A DNA stretch of 64,000 nucleotides from Endomicrobiia bacterium (GTDB lineage: Bacteria; Elusimicrobiota; Endomicrobiia; DTEH01): assembly GCA_039630545.1 (NCBI GenBank), contig JBCNUU010000003.1:34582-98581 (forward strand). Reading direction: 5' to 3'. The notes under the pieces were generated by a model, which worked only from the letters and a program-made list of their open reading frames with translations, was not told the DNA's origin and made no database searches. A program made the translations under genes and the position numbers. This document shows positions 49,996-59,077 of the stretch, in pieces. Numbering within the stretch: the stretch's first letter is position 1; every line of letters starts with the position of its first letter.

Positions 49996-51407
49996 CAAAA
50001 ATAGAAAAGATTTATAGCTCAAAATTTTTAAAACTAAGTTTTATTATTCTGGTGTCTTTGATTACTATTTTTCACAGATTAGATGAATCTCCATTAGGTT
50101 TTGACGATGCACATTATGCTCAAAGAGCAAAAGAGCTTCTTAAAAACAGAGATTTTTTTTATATTAACCCGACATTTGGTGATGAGATTTTACTTGATAA
50201 TAAGCCACCAGTAGTATACTGGTTTTTAGCTTTATCTGGCTGGATTTTTGGTTTTAAAAACTGGAGTATGAGGTTGTCTTCAGGAATATTTGGATTTTTG
50301 AGTTTGATAATGATGTTTTTTGTAGTCTATTATTTTACTAAAAATCTTGAATATAGTTTTTGGTCTACTTTCATATTAAATTTTACACAACAGTTTATCT
50401 ATTATTCAAGATCAGCTACTCCGGAAACAATTTTTAATTTTTTCTTCTGGAGCTCCTTATTTTGTTTCTACACAGCAATAGAGAAAAACAAACCTCTTTT
50501 TATTTATCTATTTGGAATTCTTTTAGGTTTAGCTATTATGACAAGGCAAGTGTTTGGTTTGATGATTTTAATTATTATACCTGTATATCTGATGGTTATT
50601 AAAAGGATAAATTACTTGTTAAACATAAACTTTATTTGTGCTTTAGTTGTTTCTATGATAATATCTATACCATGGCATTCAGTTATGGTGGTTAAATATG
50701 GAAATAGTTTTGTAAATAATTATTTTGGAGTAATTATAAACTATTCTATTTCAAGAGAAGCTCATTGGTATGAATATATTAAAAAAATCATAGAATCATA
50801 CTGGCCATGGTTGCCATTTTTGATTTTTGGATTTTTAAACTTCAAAAATATAAACAAAGAAATTAAAAATTTTGCTATTTTGATTTTTGTATCAGTTTTT
50901 ATATATTTGTTTATATTACACATTCCAAAATTTAAAGCACCTCAGTATCTGGTTGTGATGTATTTGCCTTTCAGTTTTATTTCTTGTTATGGATTAATAA
51001 AGCTTGATAGAAATTTTATATTAAGAAAAATTTTTATAATTCTAGGTATTTTGTTGCCAGCATTGTGGTTGTTTTTCCCAATAATTCCGGATACATTGGA
51101 TAGTAACGAATATAAAAAATTAAGCGAAAGTTTTAATGAAATTAAAAGTATTGGCAAAGAAATTTTTACTTTGTTGAACCAGGAATATTGGCATTTCAAA
51201 AATGGGCTTTTGTTCTATTTAGACAAAAATGTGGTTGGCTTAAAAGAAGCTGATTTTATAGATTCGATTGTTAATACATCTTCAAATTTTTACATATTAA
51301 AGTGGAAAGATTTTAAGGATTTGTCAGAAAAATACGATTTTGAGAAAAAGATTGTAATATTTTCTTCACAAACAGAATCAGTAGTTTTCATGTCTAAAAG
51401 TTATTAG
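49992..51407 (+). CDS. GT-C glycosyltransferase (ArnT/PMT, GT39/GT83-like)
   Basis: DDAHY, NKPP..YW, multiple TM segments. Confidence 0.8.
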   Translation: MTKIEKIYSSKFLKLSFIILVSLITIFHRLDESPLGFDDAHYAQRAKELLKNRDFFYINPTFGDEILLDNKPPVVYWFLALSGWIFGFKNWSMRLSSGIFGFLSLIMMFFVVYYFTKNLEYSFWSTFILNFTQQFIYYSRSATPETIFNFFFWSSLFCFYTAIEKNKPLFIYLFGILLGLAIMTRQVFGLMILIIIPVYLMVIKRINYLLNINFICALVVSMIISIPWHSVMVVKYGNSFVNNYFGVIINYSISREAHWYEYIKKIIESYWPWLPFLIFGFLNFKNINKEIKNFAILIFVSVFIYLFILHIPKFKAPQYLVVMYLPFSFISCYGLIKLDRNFILRKIFIILGILLPALWLFFPIIPDTLDSNEYKKLSESFNEIKSIGKEIFTLLNQEYWHFKNGLLFYLDKNVVGLKEADFIDSIVNTSSNFYILKWKDFKDLSEKYDFEKKIVIFSSQTESVVFMSKSY

Positions 51408-51414
51408 TTTAAAT

Positions 51415-52050
51415 ATGAGTTTTACTTTATTTTTATTTTCTGTGGTAGGAATTTCTTTTTCAGGAGTTGCTTCTCCTGGACCTTTAACATTTTTAACTAT
51501 CTCCTCTTCTTATAAGAATAAAAATGCAGGAATTTTAGTTTCTTTAGGACACGGAATTGTTGAGGGCTTTTTGATTTTTTTAATTAGTATAGGAATAGTT
51601 AACTTTTTAAAATCTGAAGTGTTTAAAATAATAACTGCATTTTTAGGAGGATTGTTTTTTATATTTTTAGGTTTAAAGTACTTGATAAAAAAAAGTATAA
51701 AAATAAAACCAGAAACTACTCATAAAAATTTTGATGTATCTTTAGTAATAGCTGGATCTTTAGCAACTGTTTCTAATCCTTATTTTTTTATCTGGTGGTT
51801 TACAGTAGGCAGTTATCTTATTATAAGAGCAGCTTATTTTGGTAGTTTTGGAATCTTTATTTTTGGAGTAATCCACTGGCTATGTGATTTTTTATGGTAT
51901 TATTTTCTTTCTAAAGTTATTTCTAAATCAAAAAAGATAATTTCTGAAAAAATCTTTGATATAATTTTAAAAATATGCGGAGTTATTCTTTTGATTTTTA
52001 GTGTTGAATTTATAAGATATAGTGCAAAATTACTTTTAAAACTAATTTAA
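51415..52050 (+). CDS. LysE family translocator
   Basis: SPGP, GHGIVE, SNPYFFIWW. Confidence 0.85.
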   Translation: MSFTLFLFSVVGISFSGVASPGPLTFLTISSSYKNKNAGILVSLGHGIVEGFLIFLISIGIVNFLKSEVFKIITAFLGGLFFIFLGLKYLIKKSIKIKPETTHKNFDVSLVIAGSLATVSNPYFFIWWFTVGSYLIIRAAYFGSFGIFIFGVIHWLCDFLWYYFLSKVISKSKKIISEKIFDIILKICGVILLIFSVEFIRYSAKLLLKLI

Positions 52051-52065
52051 CTGGAGTAAATCTTT

Positions 52066-52484
52066 ATGCCAAATTTTACTCCAAGGGAGTTTTAACTGCA
52101 GAAGAAACAAAAATTTCCTTTTGTCTACTTTTAAGAAAAGTTAATTTTTTGTCTTTTGTTTCTATGGATACTATTGATAATTATAAAGAAAAGAAATAAA
52201 CAAAGAAAAAAGCGTTATTGTGTAATAAAGAAAAACCAAGGTTTGGTTTATAAAAAGGTGAGTTGTTTTTTTACTAAAAAATTTTAGGGCTAAAAGATGG
52301 TGTTTTTGGCGAGATGTCTTTAGTTTTTGATGAAAAAACATCTGTTAATGTAGAAACTAAACAAGATACAAAACTTTTTGTATTATTAAAAAATGCTTTT
52401 ATGCAAATTATAAATGAAAATCTTGAGTTAAAAAAACAATTGAATTTATTGATGAAAAACAGAGATTTAAAAGCAAAAAAGTAA
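52066..52484 (+). pseudogene. Degraded cyclic-nucleotide-binding domain gene
   Basis: GGAG + ATG 52066 then early stop; downstream frame reads DGVFGEMSLVFDEKTSVNVETKQDTKLFVLLKNAFMQIINEN to TAA 52484. Confidence 0.65.
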
Positions 52485-52497
52485 AGGTTTTTACACA

Positions 52498-53070
52498 TTA
52501 GGAAGAAAGAAATTTTTGTCTTACTTTTGTGAAAAAATCAATAGCTTCAGAGGTTTTATAATCAGGATAGGTCCAATCTAAAACCTGGAATTGTTTTTGT
52601 TTGTAAATTAAAGTTACTTCAGCAAAAATACCTCCTTCAAGATATATCCTGTGTGAATAGTTTTTTGTTGAGAAAAGAACAAGCTTAGAGGCTTCAATAA
52701 ATCCCGGGTCCAGATTTACTTTTCTATTTTTAAGATTATCGCTAAAGTACTTTACTTCTAATTCATTTGTAAAAATTTTTATTCCATATAAATTTCTTGC
52801 TATAATATTTGGTGAAAAACTTAGCCAGTATCTTAGTAGGTTTTTGCCCATTTCTTCAGAGTAGTAATCTGAGAAGTTGAACTCAATTATACTGCTTATT
52901 AAATCAATTTTATCCAATCCAAAATTTTTCAATTCTTTTTCTAAAATAAAATTTATTTGATTAATGACCTCATTAAGATTTTTGATTTTAAAATTTTCCA
53001 TACACCATTCCGGGTTAAACAGAACTCCACAGATGAGCTTAATTTTGTAATTTTGAGATATTTCACCCAT
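52498..53070 (-). CDS. DUF4416 family protein
   Basis: YY..EMG, RKVNLDPG, STKNYSHRIYL, WTYPDY. Confidence 0.85.
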   Translation of the reverse strand: MGEISQNYKIKLICGVLFNPEWCMENFKIKNLNEVINQINFILEKELKNFGLDKIDLISSIIEFNFSDYYSEEMGKNLLRYWLSFSPNIIARNLYGIKIFTNELEVKYFSDNLKNRKVNLDPGFIEASKLVLFSTKNYSHRIYLEGGIFAEVTLIYKQKQFQVLDWTYPDYKTSEAIDFFTKVRQKFLSS

Positions 53071-53146
53071 ATTTAAAATCTATTATATAATAATTTTTAT
53101 TTCAACTATTGATAATAGGCTTAAATTTTTCTTTAAAGTATATATT

Positions 53147-53785
53147 ATGAGTTTAAAATTTGCTAGCAAAAATTTAGATGAAAATACTTTAGTAGAGTTA
53201 GCTAGAAACGGAGATACAGCGGCTTTTGAGAAATTGATTAAACTTTATGAAGAAAAAATTTATTCCCTGGCATACAGAGTTCTTCAGGATAAGGAAGAAG
53301 CTTTTGATGTTTTGCAAGATACGGCTATAAGTGCTTTCAAGAATCTAAAAAATTTTAAAAGTAAATCTTCATTTTCTACTTGGCTGTATAAAATTGCTTT
53401 AAATTTTGCTTTGATGCGTAAAAGAAAACAAAAGTCCCAGCTTAAAAAAGCTCAGATAGTTAATCCTGAGGATTCTGATAAACTTCCTCAATTTACAGAA
53501 ATTTCTGAACAAAATCTTGTAGGCAATTATGTAAACTGGATGGATAATCCTATGTTGAATATGGAAAATGAAGAACTAAAGGATATTTTAATGAAGTCGT
53601 TAAACAAGCTTCCAGAAAAGTATAGAAATGTCATTATTCTAAAAGAAATGGAAGGGAAACCTGTAGAGGAAGTTTCAAAAATTTTAGGTATAAGCATTCC
53701 TGCTGTTAAAACACGTCTTCATAGAGGAAGATTGTACTTAAAATGGTTTTTAGAAAAATATATGACACGAGGACAACCAATTTAA
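53147..53785 (+). CDS. ECF sigma factor
   Basis: GDTAAFEKL, SSFSTWLYKIA, VKTRLHRGR. Confidence 0.92.
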   Translation: MSLKFASKNLDENTLVELARNGDTAAFEKLIKLYEEKIYSLAYRVLQDKEEAFDVLQDTAISAFKNLKNFKSKSSFSTWLYKIALNFALMRKRKQKSQLKKAQIVNPEDSDKLPQFTEISEQNLVGNYVNWMDNPMLNMENEELKDILMKSLNKLPEKYRNVIILKEMEGKPVEEVSKILGISIPAVKTRLHRGRLYLKWFLEKYMTRGQPI

Positions 53786-53789
53786 AATT

Positions 53790-54053
53790 ATGAAGATAAT
53801 GAGATGTAAAGACATCTTAAATTTATTATCTGAATTTTATGATCACGAACTTGAAAGCGAGATAGAAGCACTTTTTAAGGAGCATTTAGAAGAGTGTGAG
53901 AGATGTTTGTCGTTGTTGCATAATTTTGAAAAAATGCTTGAACTTTATCATTCTTTCGAGCCTGTTAGGTTGGAACCACATAAAAAAAGACAGTTCCACA
54001 GATGGCTACATATAGAGATCAAAAAAATAACAATTAGAAAATCCAAACGCTAA
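53790..54053 (+). CDS. Zinc-binding anti-sigma factor (zf-HC2), soluble
   Basis: HLEECERC (HxxxCxxC); no TM segment. Confidence 0.85.
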   Translation: MKIMRCKDILNLLSEFYDHELESEIEALFKEHLEECERCLSLLHNFEKMLELYHSFEPVRLEPHKKRQFHRWLHIEIKKITIRKSKR

Positions 54054-54065
54054 ACAGGTAAGCCT

Positions 54066-54389
54066 ATGCAGACAGATCAGTTGATTTCAAAAATTTCTGA
54101 GTTTGAACAAAAAAAAGACCAAGAGGTAGAAAATTTTATAAAAAAACAAAACGAACTAATTTCTAAATTTGAAGAAGAACTTAAAAAAAAATTATCAGAA
54201 AATTTGAATGAATTTAGAAGTAAAATCACACAAAAAACTCAAGAAGAATTAATAAAATACAAAAAACAAATAGAAGAGGAGTTTTCTTATAAAATAAGTA
54301 ATGTTGAAAAGCAAATACAGGAAATTAAGAATAAATTAGAAAAAGTTTATATAGAAGTTAAAGAGATAATATTAAAACTATGGGAATAA
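54066..54389 (+). CDS. V/A-type ATPase peripheral-stalk subunit G/H (probable)
   Basis: Charged coiled coil directly before subunit I. Confidence 0.55.
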   Translation: MQTDQLISKISEFEQKKDQEVENFIKKQNELISKFEEELKKKLSENLNEFRSKITQKTQEELIKYKKQIEEEFSYKISNVEKQIQEIKNKLEKVYIEVKEIILKLWE

Positions 54390-56320
54390 GTAATGTTAAA
54401 AAAGTAGTATTCTACGTGCCGAATTACATATATGAGAGTTTTATTTTGGAGCTTAAACAAAGCGCTTTTGTTGAGGTGATCCCTGATAGTTCAAATGTAG
54501 AATCTATTAAAGAAAATTTTTTGGGTTTTGACTACTCTGTTATAAAAGATGTTAAAGCCAAGTTAGAGGGAGTTTTTAATATATTTTTAAAGTTAGACTT
54601 AAAACTTGCTGGTATAAAAAGTGACTTAACTTTTGATGAAAATTTTAAAAAAGAGATTGGAAATTTGAAAAATATATGTGATGAAGTTGAGAAACTAGAT
54701 TTAGAAATAAAAAATCTTCAGATTGAAAATCAAACTCTGGAAAATAAAAAAAACCTTCTTTTGCCTTTTATAGATGTGGAGATAAATTTCAAAAATCTTG
54801 TTGAACTTAAATATGTGAAGCACTTTTTTTTAAAAGTTGATAAAAAGAAATATAAATATTTTATCTATGATTTCAACAAGTTAAATTTGACTAGCATTCT
54901 ATGGAAAAAAGAGACCAAACAGGAGGTTTTTTTATTCTTTATATACCACAGCAGTAAAGAGAAAGAAATATTGGATTTTATAAAAAAATATGAATGTCAG
55001 ATATACGATATGAGCTCTTTAATTGAAAGTTCTTTTAAAAATGAAATCTACAGGTTAGACCAAAAGATAAACGAAAATAATCAAAAAATCTTTCAATTAA
55101 AAAATAAAATTAAAGAAATTTACAAAAAAAACTTTGAACTCCTTTTATCCTCTTATATAAAATGCTTAGAAATAGAAGAATTCATAAATGTACAACGGCG
55201 TCTGATGTCTACTAAATACTTTAAAATTGTTTCTTGCTGGGTACCTCAGAAATTTATGAAAAAATTAAAAAGCTTTACAGAAAAATTTTCAAAGGATGTG
55301 TCTTTTCTGCTTTTAGATCCCAGACCTGATGAAGACATACCTGTGGTATTTGATAATAAAAGAGTTTTTGAGCCATATGAGTTTGTTACTAAGCTTTATG
55401 GATATCCTAAGTTTGGCACAATTGATCCAACAAGTTATCTTGCACCGTTTTTTACGATATTTTTTGCACTTTGTTTAAGTGATATATTTTATGGAGTTTT
55501 GCTTACATTTTTGTGGTTTTTAGTTCGCAAAAAAATCTCTAAAGATTCTGAATACTATGGATTTGTTGTTTTACTTAAATATCTTGGAATTGTTTCAGTA
55601 ATAATAGGTTTTACTATGGATAGCTTTTTAGGATTTAGTATATTCAAAAACTACAGTTTCCCGATAAATCCCGCATTGTTTGATCCATTAAACAGGCCTA
55701 TAGATATGCTGAAGTTTACATTCTTGTTAGGATATATTCAGGTTATTTTTGGTTTGTTTTTAGCTACATATAAAGGAATAAAAGATAAAGATTTTTTGTC
55801 CGCTGTGGATAATTTTAGTTGGATTATTTTTATTACAAGTTTTGCTCCTGTTGTTTATCAATTGTTTTTTCCTAAAGATGTTAATCCATCTTTAGTTAAA
55901 ATTTTTAGCAAAATAAGTTTATTTGTGTTTTTGTTTATAGTTTTTTTTCAATCCCGAGACATAAAGCCGTTTTTATTAAAACCGGTTAATCTATTTGTTA
56001 AAGCATATAACACTATAGGGTTTTATGCTGATATGCTTTCTTATTCTAGGATTTTGGCTTTAGCTTTAGCTTCATCTGCTATTGCTCAAACAGTAAATAT
56101 GCTTGTAGCAAAGTTATTAAAAGCAGAACTTTTAGGTATAAGATTTTTAGAACAAGCAGTAGCACCAATACTTTTTTTAGGTGGTCATCTGTTTAATTTT
56201 GCAATGGGAGTGTTGGGGGGCCTTGTTCATTCTGCAAGGTTGCAATACTTAGAGTTTTTTTCAAAATTTTTTGTTGCTGGTGGAAGACCGATAAAATTAT
56301 TTGCACCTAAAAAAGTATAA
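54380..56320 (+). CDS. ntpI: V/A-type ATPase subunit I (a)
   Basis: YGYP..IDPT, SYSRILALAL, HSARLQYLEFFSKF. Confidence 0.92.
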   Translation: MGISNVKKVVFYVPNYIYESFILELKQSAFVEVIPDSSNVESIKENFLGFDYSVIKDVKAKLEGVFNIFLKLDLKLAGIKSDLTFDENFKKEIGNLKNICDEVEKLDLEIKNLQIENQTLENKKNLLLPFIDVEINFKNLVELKYVKHFFLKVDKKKYKYFIYDFNKLNLTSILWKKETKQEVFLFFIYHSSKEKEILDFIKKYECQIYDMSSLIESSFKNEIYRLDQKINENNQKIFQLKNKIKEIYKKNFELLLSSYIKCLEIEEFINVQRRLMSTKYFKIVSCWVPQKFMKKLKSFTEKFSKDVSFLLLDPRPDEDIPVVFDNKRVFEPYEFVTKLYGYPKFGTIDPTSYLAPFFTIFFALCLSDIFYGVLLTFLWFLVRKKISKDSEYYGFVVLLKYLGIVSVIIGFTMDSFLGFSIFKNYSFPINPALFDPLNRPIDMLKFTFLLGYIQVIFGLFLATYKGIKDKDFLSAVDNFSWIIFITSFAPVVYQLFFPKDVNPSLVKIFSKISLFVFLFIVFFQSRDIKPFLLKPVNLFVKAYNTIGFYADMLSYSRILALALASSAIAQTVNMLVAKLLKAELLGIRFLEQAVAPILFLGGHLFNFAMGVLGGLVHSARLQYLEFFSKFFVAGGRPIKLFAPKKV

Positions 56321-56335
56321 AAAGTAAAAATAAAT

Positions 56336-57133
56336 ATGAAGGAGAAAGAAATAAAATTTAAAGATCCTTATAAAAATTTTGAACTAAAATTTGCAATTTT
56401 AGATGTAGAAAAAATTTCAATACCGACTATTGAAAGATCTATTTCTGAAACTCATGTAAAACGATTAATGGAATCAATACAAAAAGTAGGTTTTATAGAA
56501 CCAATAACAGTAATTTCATCTTCTGATGATAAATATGAAGTTATAAACGGACAACATAGATTAATGGCAGCAAAAAATTTAGGGATAAAAAATATTCCTT
56601 CTATTATTTTGCCTGCTTCAATGAAAGATTATATAATTTCTTTAAACATAGAAAAAGTTCCAACTTTAAGAGATAAAGCACATCAAGCATATGAAATATT
56701 TAACACTTATCTTAAAACGAATCCTGATATGAAAGAAACGGAACTAAAAGATATGTTAGAACAAGGATATTATGTTACTATTGGCATAATTATTGAAAAA
56801 CTTAAAGATGAAAAATTTCCAGCATATGCTTTTGAAAAAGTTTTGAAGAAAGTAGATCTTTTCATAGAAGACAGTTTAAAAAATGTTAAAAAGGAAAGAG
56901 AAAAGAGAGCAAAAATTTTGTTAGATGCAAAAACTGTTTTGAATAATAGATATGAAGAATTAGGATTTAAGAATCCTCTATATAAAGAAGCAATTGTATC
57001 TAAAGCATTTCAACAAATTTATGGTAAACACAAAAGGATAATATCTGATGCTTTTTATCAAACATTTGAAAAACTTATAAGTACAATTCCTACTGTTCAA
57101 GTTACAGATGCAGACCTTGAAGAGATGCAATAA
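56336..57133 (+). CDS. ParB/Srx N-terminal domain protein
   Basis: SIQKVGFIEPI..YEVINGQHRLMA; N.EK..LRDKA. Confidence 0.75.
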   Translation: MKEKEIKFKDPYKNFELKFAILDVEKISIPTIERSISETHVKRLMESIQKVGFIEPITVISSSDDKYEVINGQHRLMAAKNLGIKNIPSIILPASMKDYIISLNIEKVPTLRDKAHQAYEIFNTYLKTNPDMKETELKDMLEQGYYVTIGIIIEKLKDEKFPAYAFEKVLKKVDLFIEDSLKNVKKEREKRAKILLDAKTVLNNRYEELGFKNPLYKEAIVSKAFQQIYGKHKRIISDAFYQTFEKLISTIPTVQVTDADLEEMQ

Positions 57134-57195
57134 ATGTTGTAAAAAGACAACAAATTCTACACTTTAATTAAATAAAAGAAGGAGGTATATTATAT

Positions 57196-57672
57196 ATGGA
57201 ACAGTACATTGGGTTTATGTTGGTAATCTTAGGTGGTGCTTTAGCAGCAGGACTTGCAGGATGTGGATCAGCTATAGGTTGTGGAATAGTAGGACAGTCA
57301 GCTTCAGGTGTTACAGCTGAGGATCCTAATAAATTTGGATTATTGTTAGTTCTTCAGGCTTTACCAGGTACACAAGGTTTTTACGGATTTGTTGGTATGT
57401 TTTTAATTTTAGGTAAACTTGGTGGAGTTGAAATAACTTCCATTACTCCCTCACAGGGTTTAGCAGTAGCATTAGCAGCATTACCTGTAGGACTTGTAGG
57501 GTTAATTTCTGCTATTTTTCAAGGAAAAGTTTGTGCTGCAGGTGTAAATCTTGTTGCAAGAAGACCACAGGAAGTTGCTAAAGCTATGGTATATGGTGCT
57601 GTGGTAGAAACATATGCAATTTTAGGTTTAATATCAACAATTTTATTATTACAAAATGTAAAGTTAGGATAA
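57196..57672 (+). CDS. ntpK: V/A-type ATPase subunit K (c), 4-TM, Na+-type
   Basis: LPGTQGFYG, FQGKV, VETYA, as in Enterococcus NtpK. Confidence 0.92.
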   Translation: MEQYIGFMLVILGGALAAGLAGCGSAIGCGIVGQSASGVTAEDPNKFGLLLVLQALPGTQGFYGFVGMFLILGKLGGVEITSITPSQGLAVALAALPVGLVGLISAIFQGKVCAAGVNLVARRPQEVAKAMVYGAVVETYAILGLISTILLLQNVKLG

Positions 57673-57677
57673 ACTTT

Positions 57678-58298
57678 ATGCAAAATTTAGAACAAATCTT
57701 TAAAAAAATAGAAGAGGAAACCTCAAAGAAAATTCTTGAGATAGAACAACAAACAAAACAAAAAATGCTTGAGTTAGAAAAAAACTACTCTTTGCTTGAA
57801 GAACAAAGAAAAAAAGAAATAGAAGAAGAACTCAACCAATCATTTGAGCTTAATAAAAAAAGAATTTTTACAGAAAATGTCATAGCATATCACAGAAAAA
57901 TAGAAGAGATAAAAAATAAAATTTTTTTAGATTTGATTGATAAAATAAAAAATGTTATACTTCATTTAGATAAACAAGACTACTATAATTTGATAAAAAA
58001 TATTATAGTAAAAAATGCTTTTCCTGGAGAAAAAAATTATATAGTAGTTGACGACACAAATAAACTCAAAAAAGAAGAAATCCAAAAGCTTTTGTCTGAA
58101 GCAAAAAATGCTCTTAAAAAAATTAATCCAGAAACAGATCTGGAGCTTAAGGAAGACAAAAATATTAAATTTGAATTTGGAGTATACATATTAGCTGATA
58201 AAAAAAGCAAAAAATTTAATTTAGACACGATAATGGAGACTCTCAAACCATATCTTGAGCAAAAATTAAATGAAGTTTTTAAAGAAACAATAAAATGA
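57678..58298 (+). CDS. V/A-type ATPase subunit E
   Basis: Coiled-coil N-terminus plus alpha/beta C-terminus; position after K. Confidence 0.7.
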   Translation: MQNLEQIFKKIEEETSKKILEIEQQTKQKMLELEKNYSLLEEQRKKEIEEELNQSFELNKKRIFTENVIAYHRKIEEIKNKIFLDLIDKIKNVILHLDKQDYYNLIKNIIVKNAFPGEKNYIVVDDTNKLKKEEIQKLLSEAKNALKKINPETDLELKEDKNIKFEFGVYILADKKSKKFNLDTIMETLKPYLEQKLNEVFKETIK

Positions 58299-59077
58299 AC
58301 TATTCTTTTCAAGTTGCCTACATTAACACATTAAGGCAAAAAAAGATTATTCCTGAAGGGCTTCTTATAGATTTAGCTTCAAACAAAAATTTTTCTTCAT
58401 TTGTGGCTTTATTAAAAGAGTATGGTTATCTTTTAAATTTAGATCTTTCATCTGAAAAACTACTTGACGGATATAATTTTGAATCAGTAATAAAAAAACA
58501 CCTGGATGAAACCTTATACTTTATAGATTCTTTATTTTATCCAGATCACAGATGGATTACTGATTGCTTAAAAAATTACTTCCTTGAAAATAAATTTAAC
58601 TCGCAGGAAGATCTAAATAGTTTTTTTAAAAGTATCTACTTTAGTTTTAAAAAATTAAACTCAAACCTTTTAAACAACCTTGTGAATCTTATTGTAGAGT
58701 TTGAAAACATTAAACTTTTTATGTCTTACACCCTTGTTGAAAACATTTCAAGCAAAGAGCTTAGATTTATAAATTTGGGAAGAATAAGTGAGATTTTGTT
58801 AAAAGAGCTTTTTCCGTCTATAGAAGCACTAAATATTTACCTTTCTAATACTTATTATCCTTATATAAAACTTACAACTCAACCAGCAACTGAAAATTTC
58901 AACTATTACTTTATTTATTACCTTAAAGAACTTATCTGGCAAAGTAGGTTTTATTATTTTACAATAGAACCTTTAGTTTTTTACTTTTTAGAAAAATTTG
59001 TTGAAACACAGAAGCTAAAAGAAATTTATTACGATATAAAACTTAACATAAGATTAAATGAAAATAAATCTATCTAA
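58295..59077 (+). CDS. Divergent V/A-type ATPase subunit C (d)
   Basis: Operon position; C-terminal FTIEPLVFY..E...LK pattern. Confidence 0.55.
   Translation: MNYSFQVAYINTLRQKKIIPEGLLIDLASNKNFSSFVALLKEYGYLLNLDLSSEKLLDGYNFESVIKKHLDETLYFIDSLFYPDHRWITDCLKNYFLENKFNSQEDLNSFFKSIYFSFKKLNSNLLNNLVNLIVEFENIKLFMSYTLVENISSKELRFINLGRISEILLKELFPSIEALNIYLSNTYYPYIKLTTQPATENFNYYFIYYLKELIWQSRFYYFTIEPLVFYFLEKFVETQKLKEIYYDIKLNIRLNENKSI

Noticed and set aside
52274..52498. 74-aa minus-strand ORF after DUF4416
   Set aside because: Antisense shadow of the cNMP-domain pseudogene frame.
56336..57133. This ParB-N protein as the cognate binder of parS at 9276
   Set aside because: No recognisable HTH or parA partner; not the canonical Spo0J architecture.
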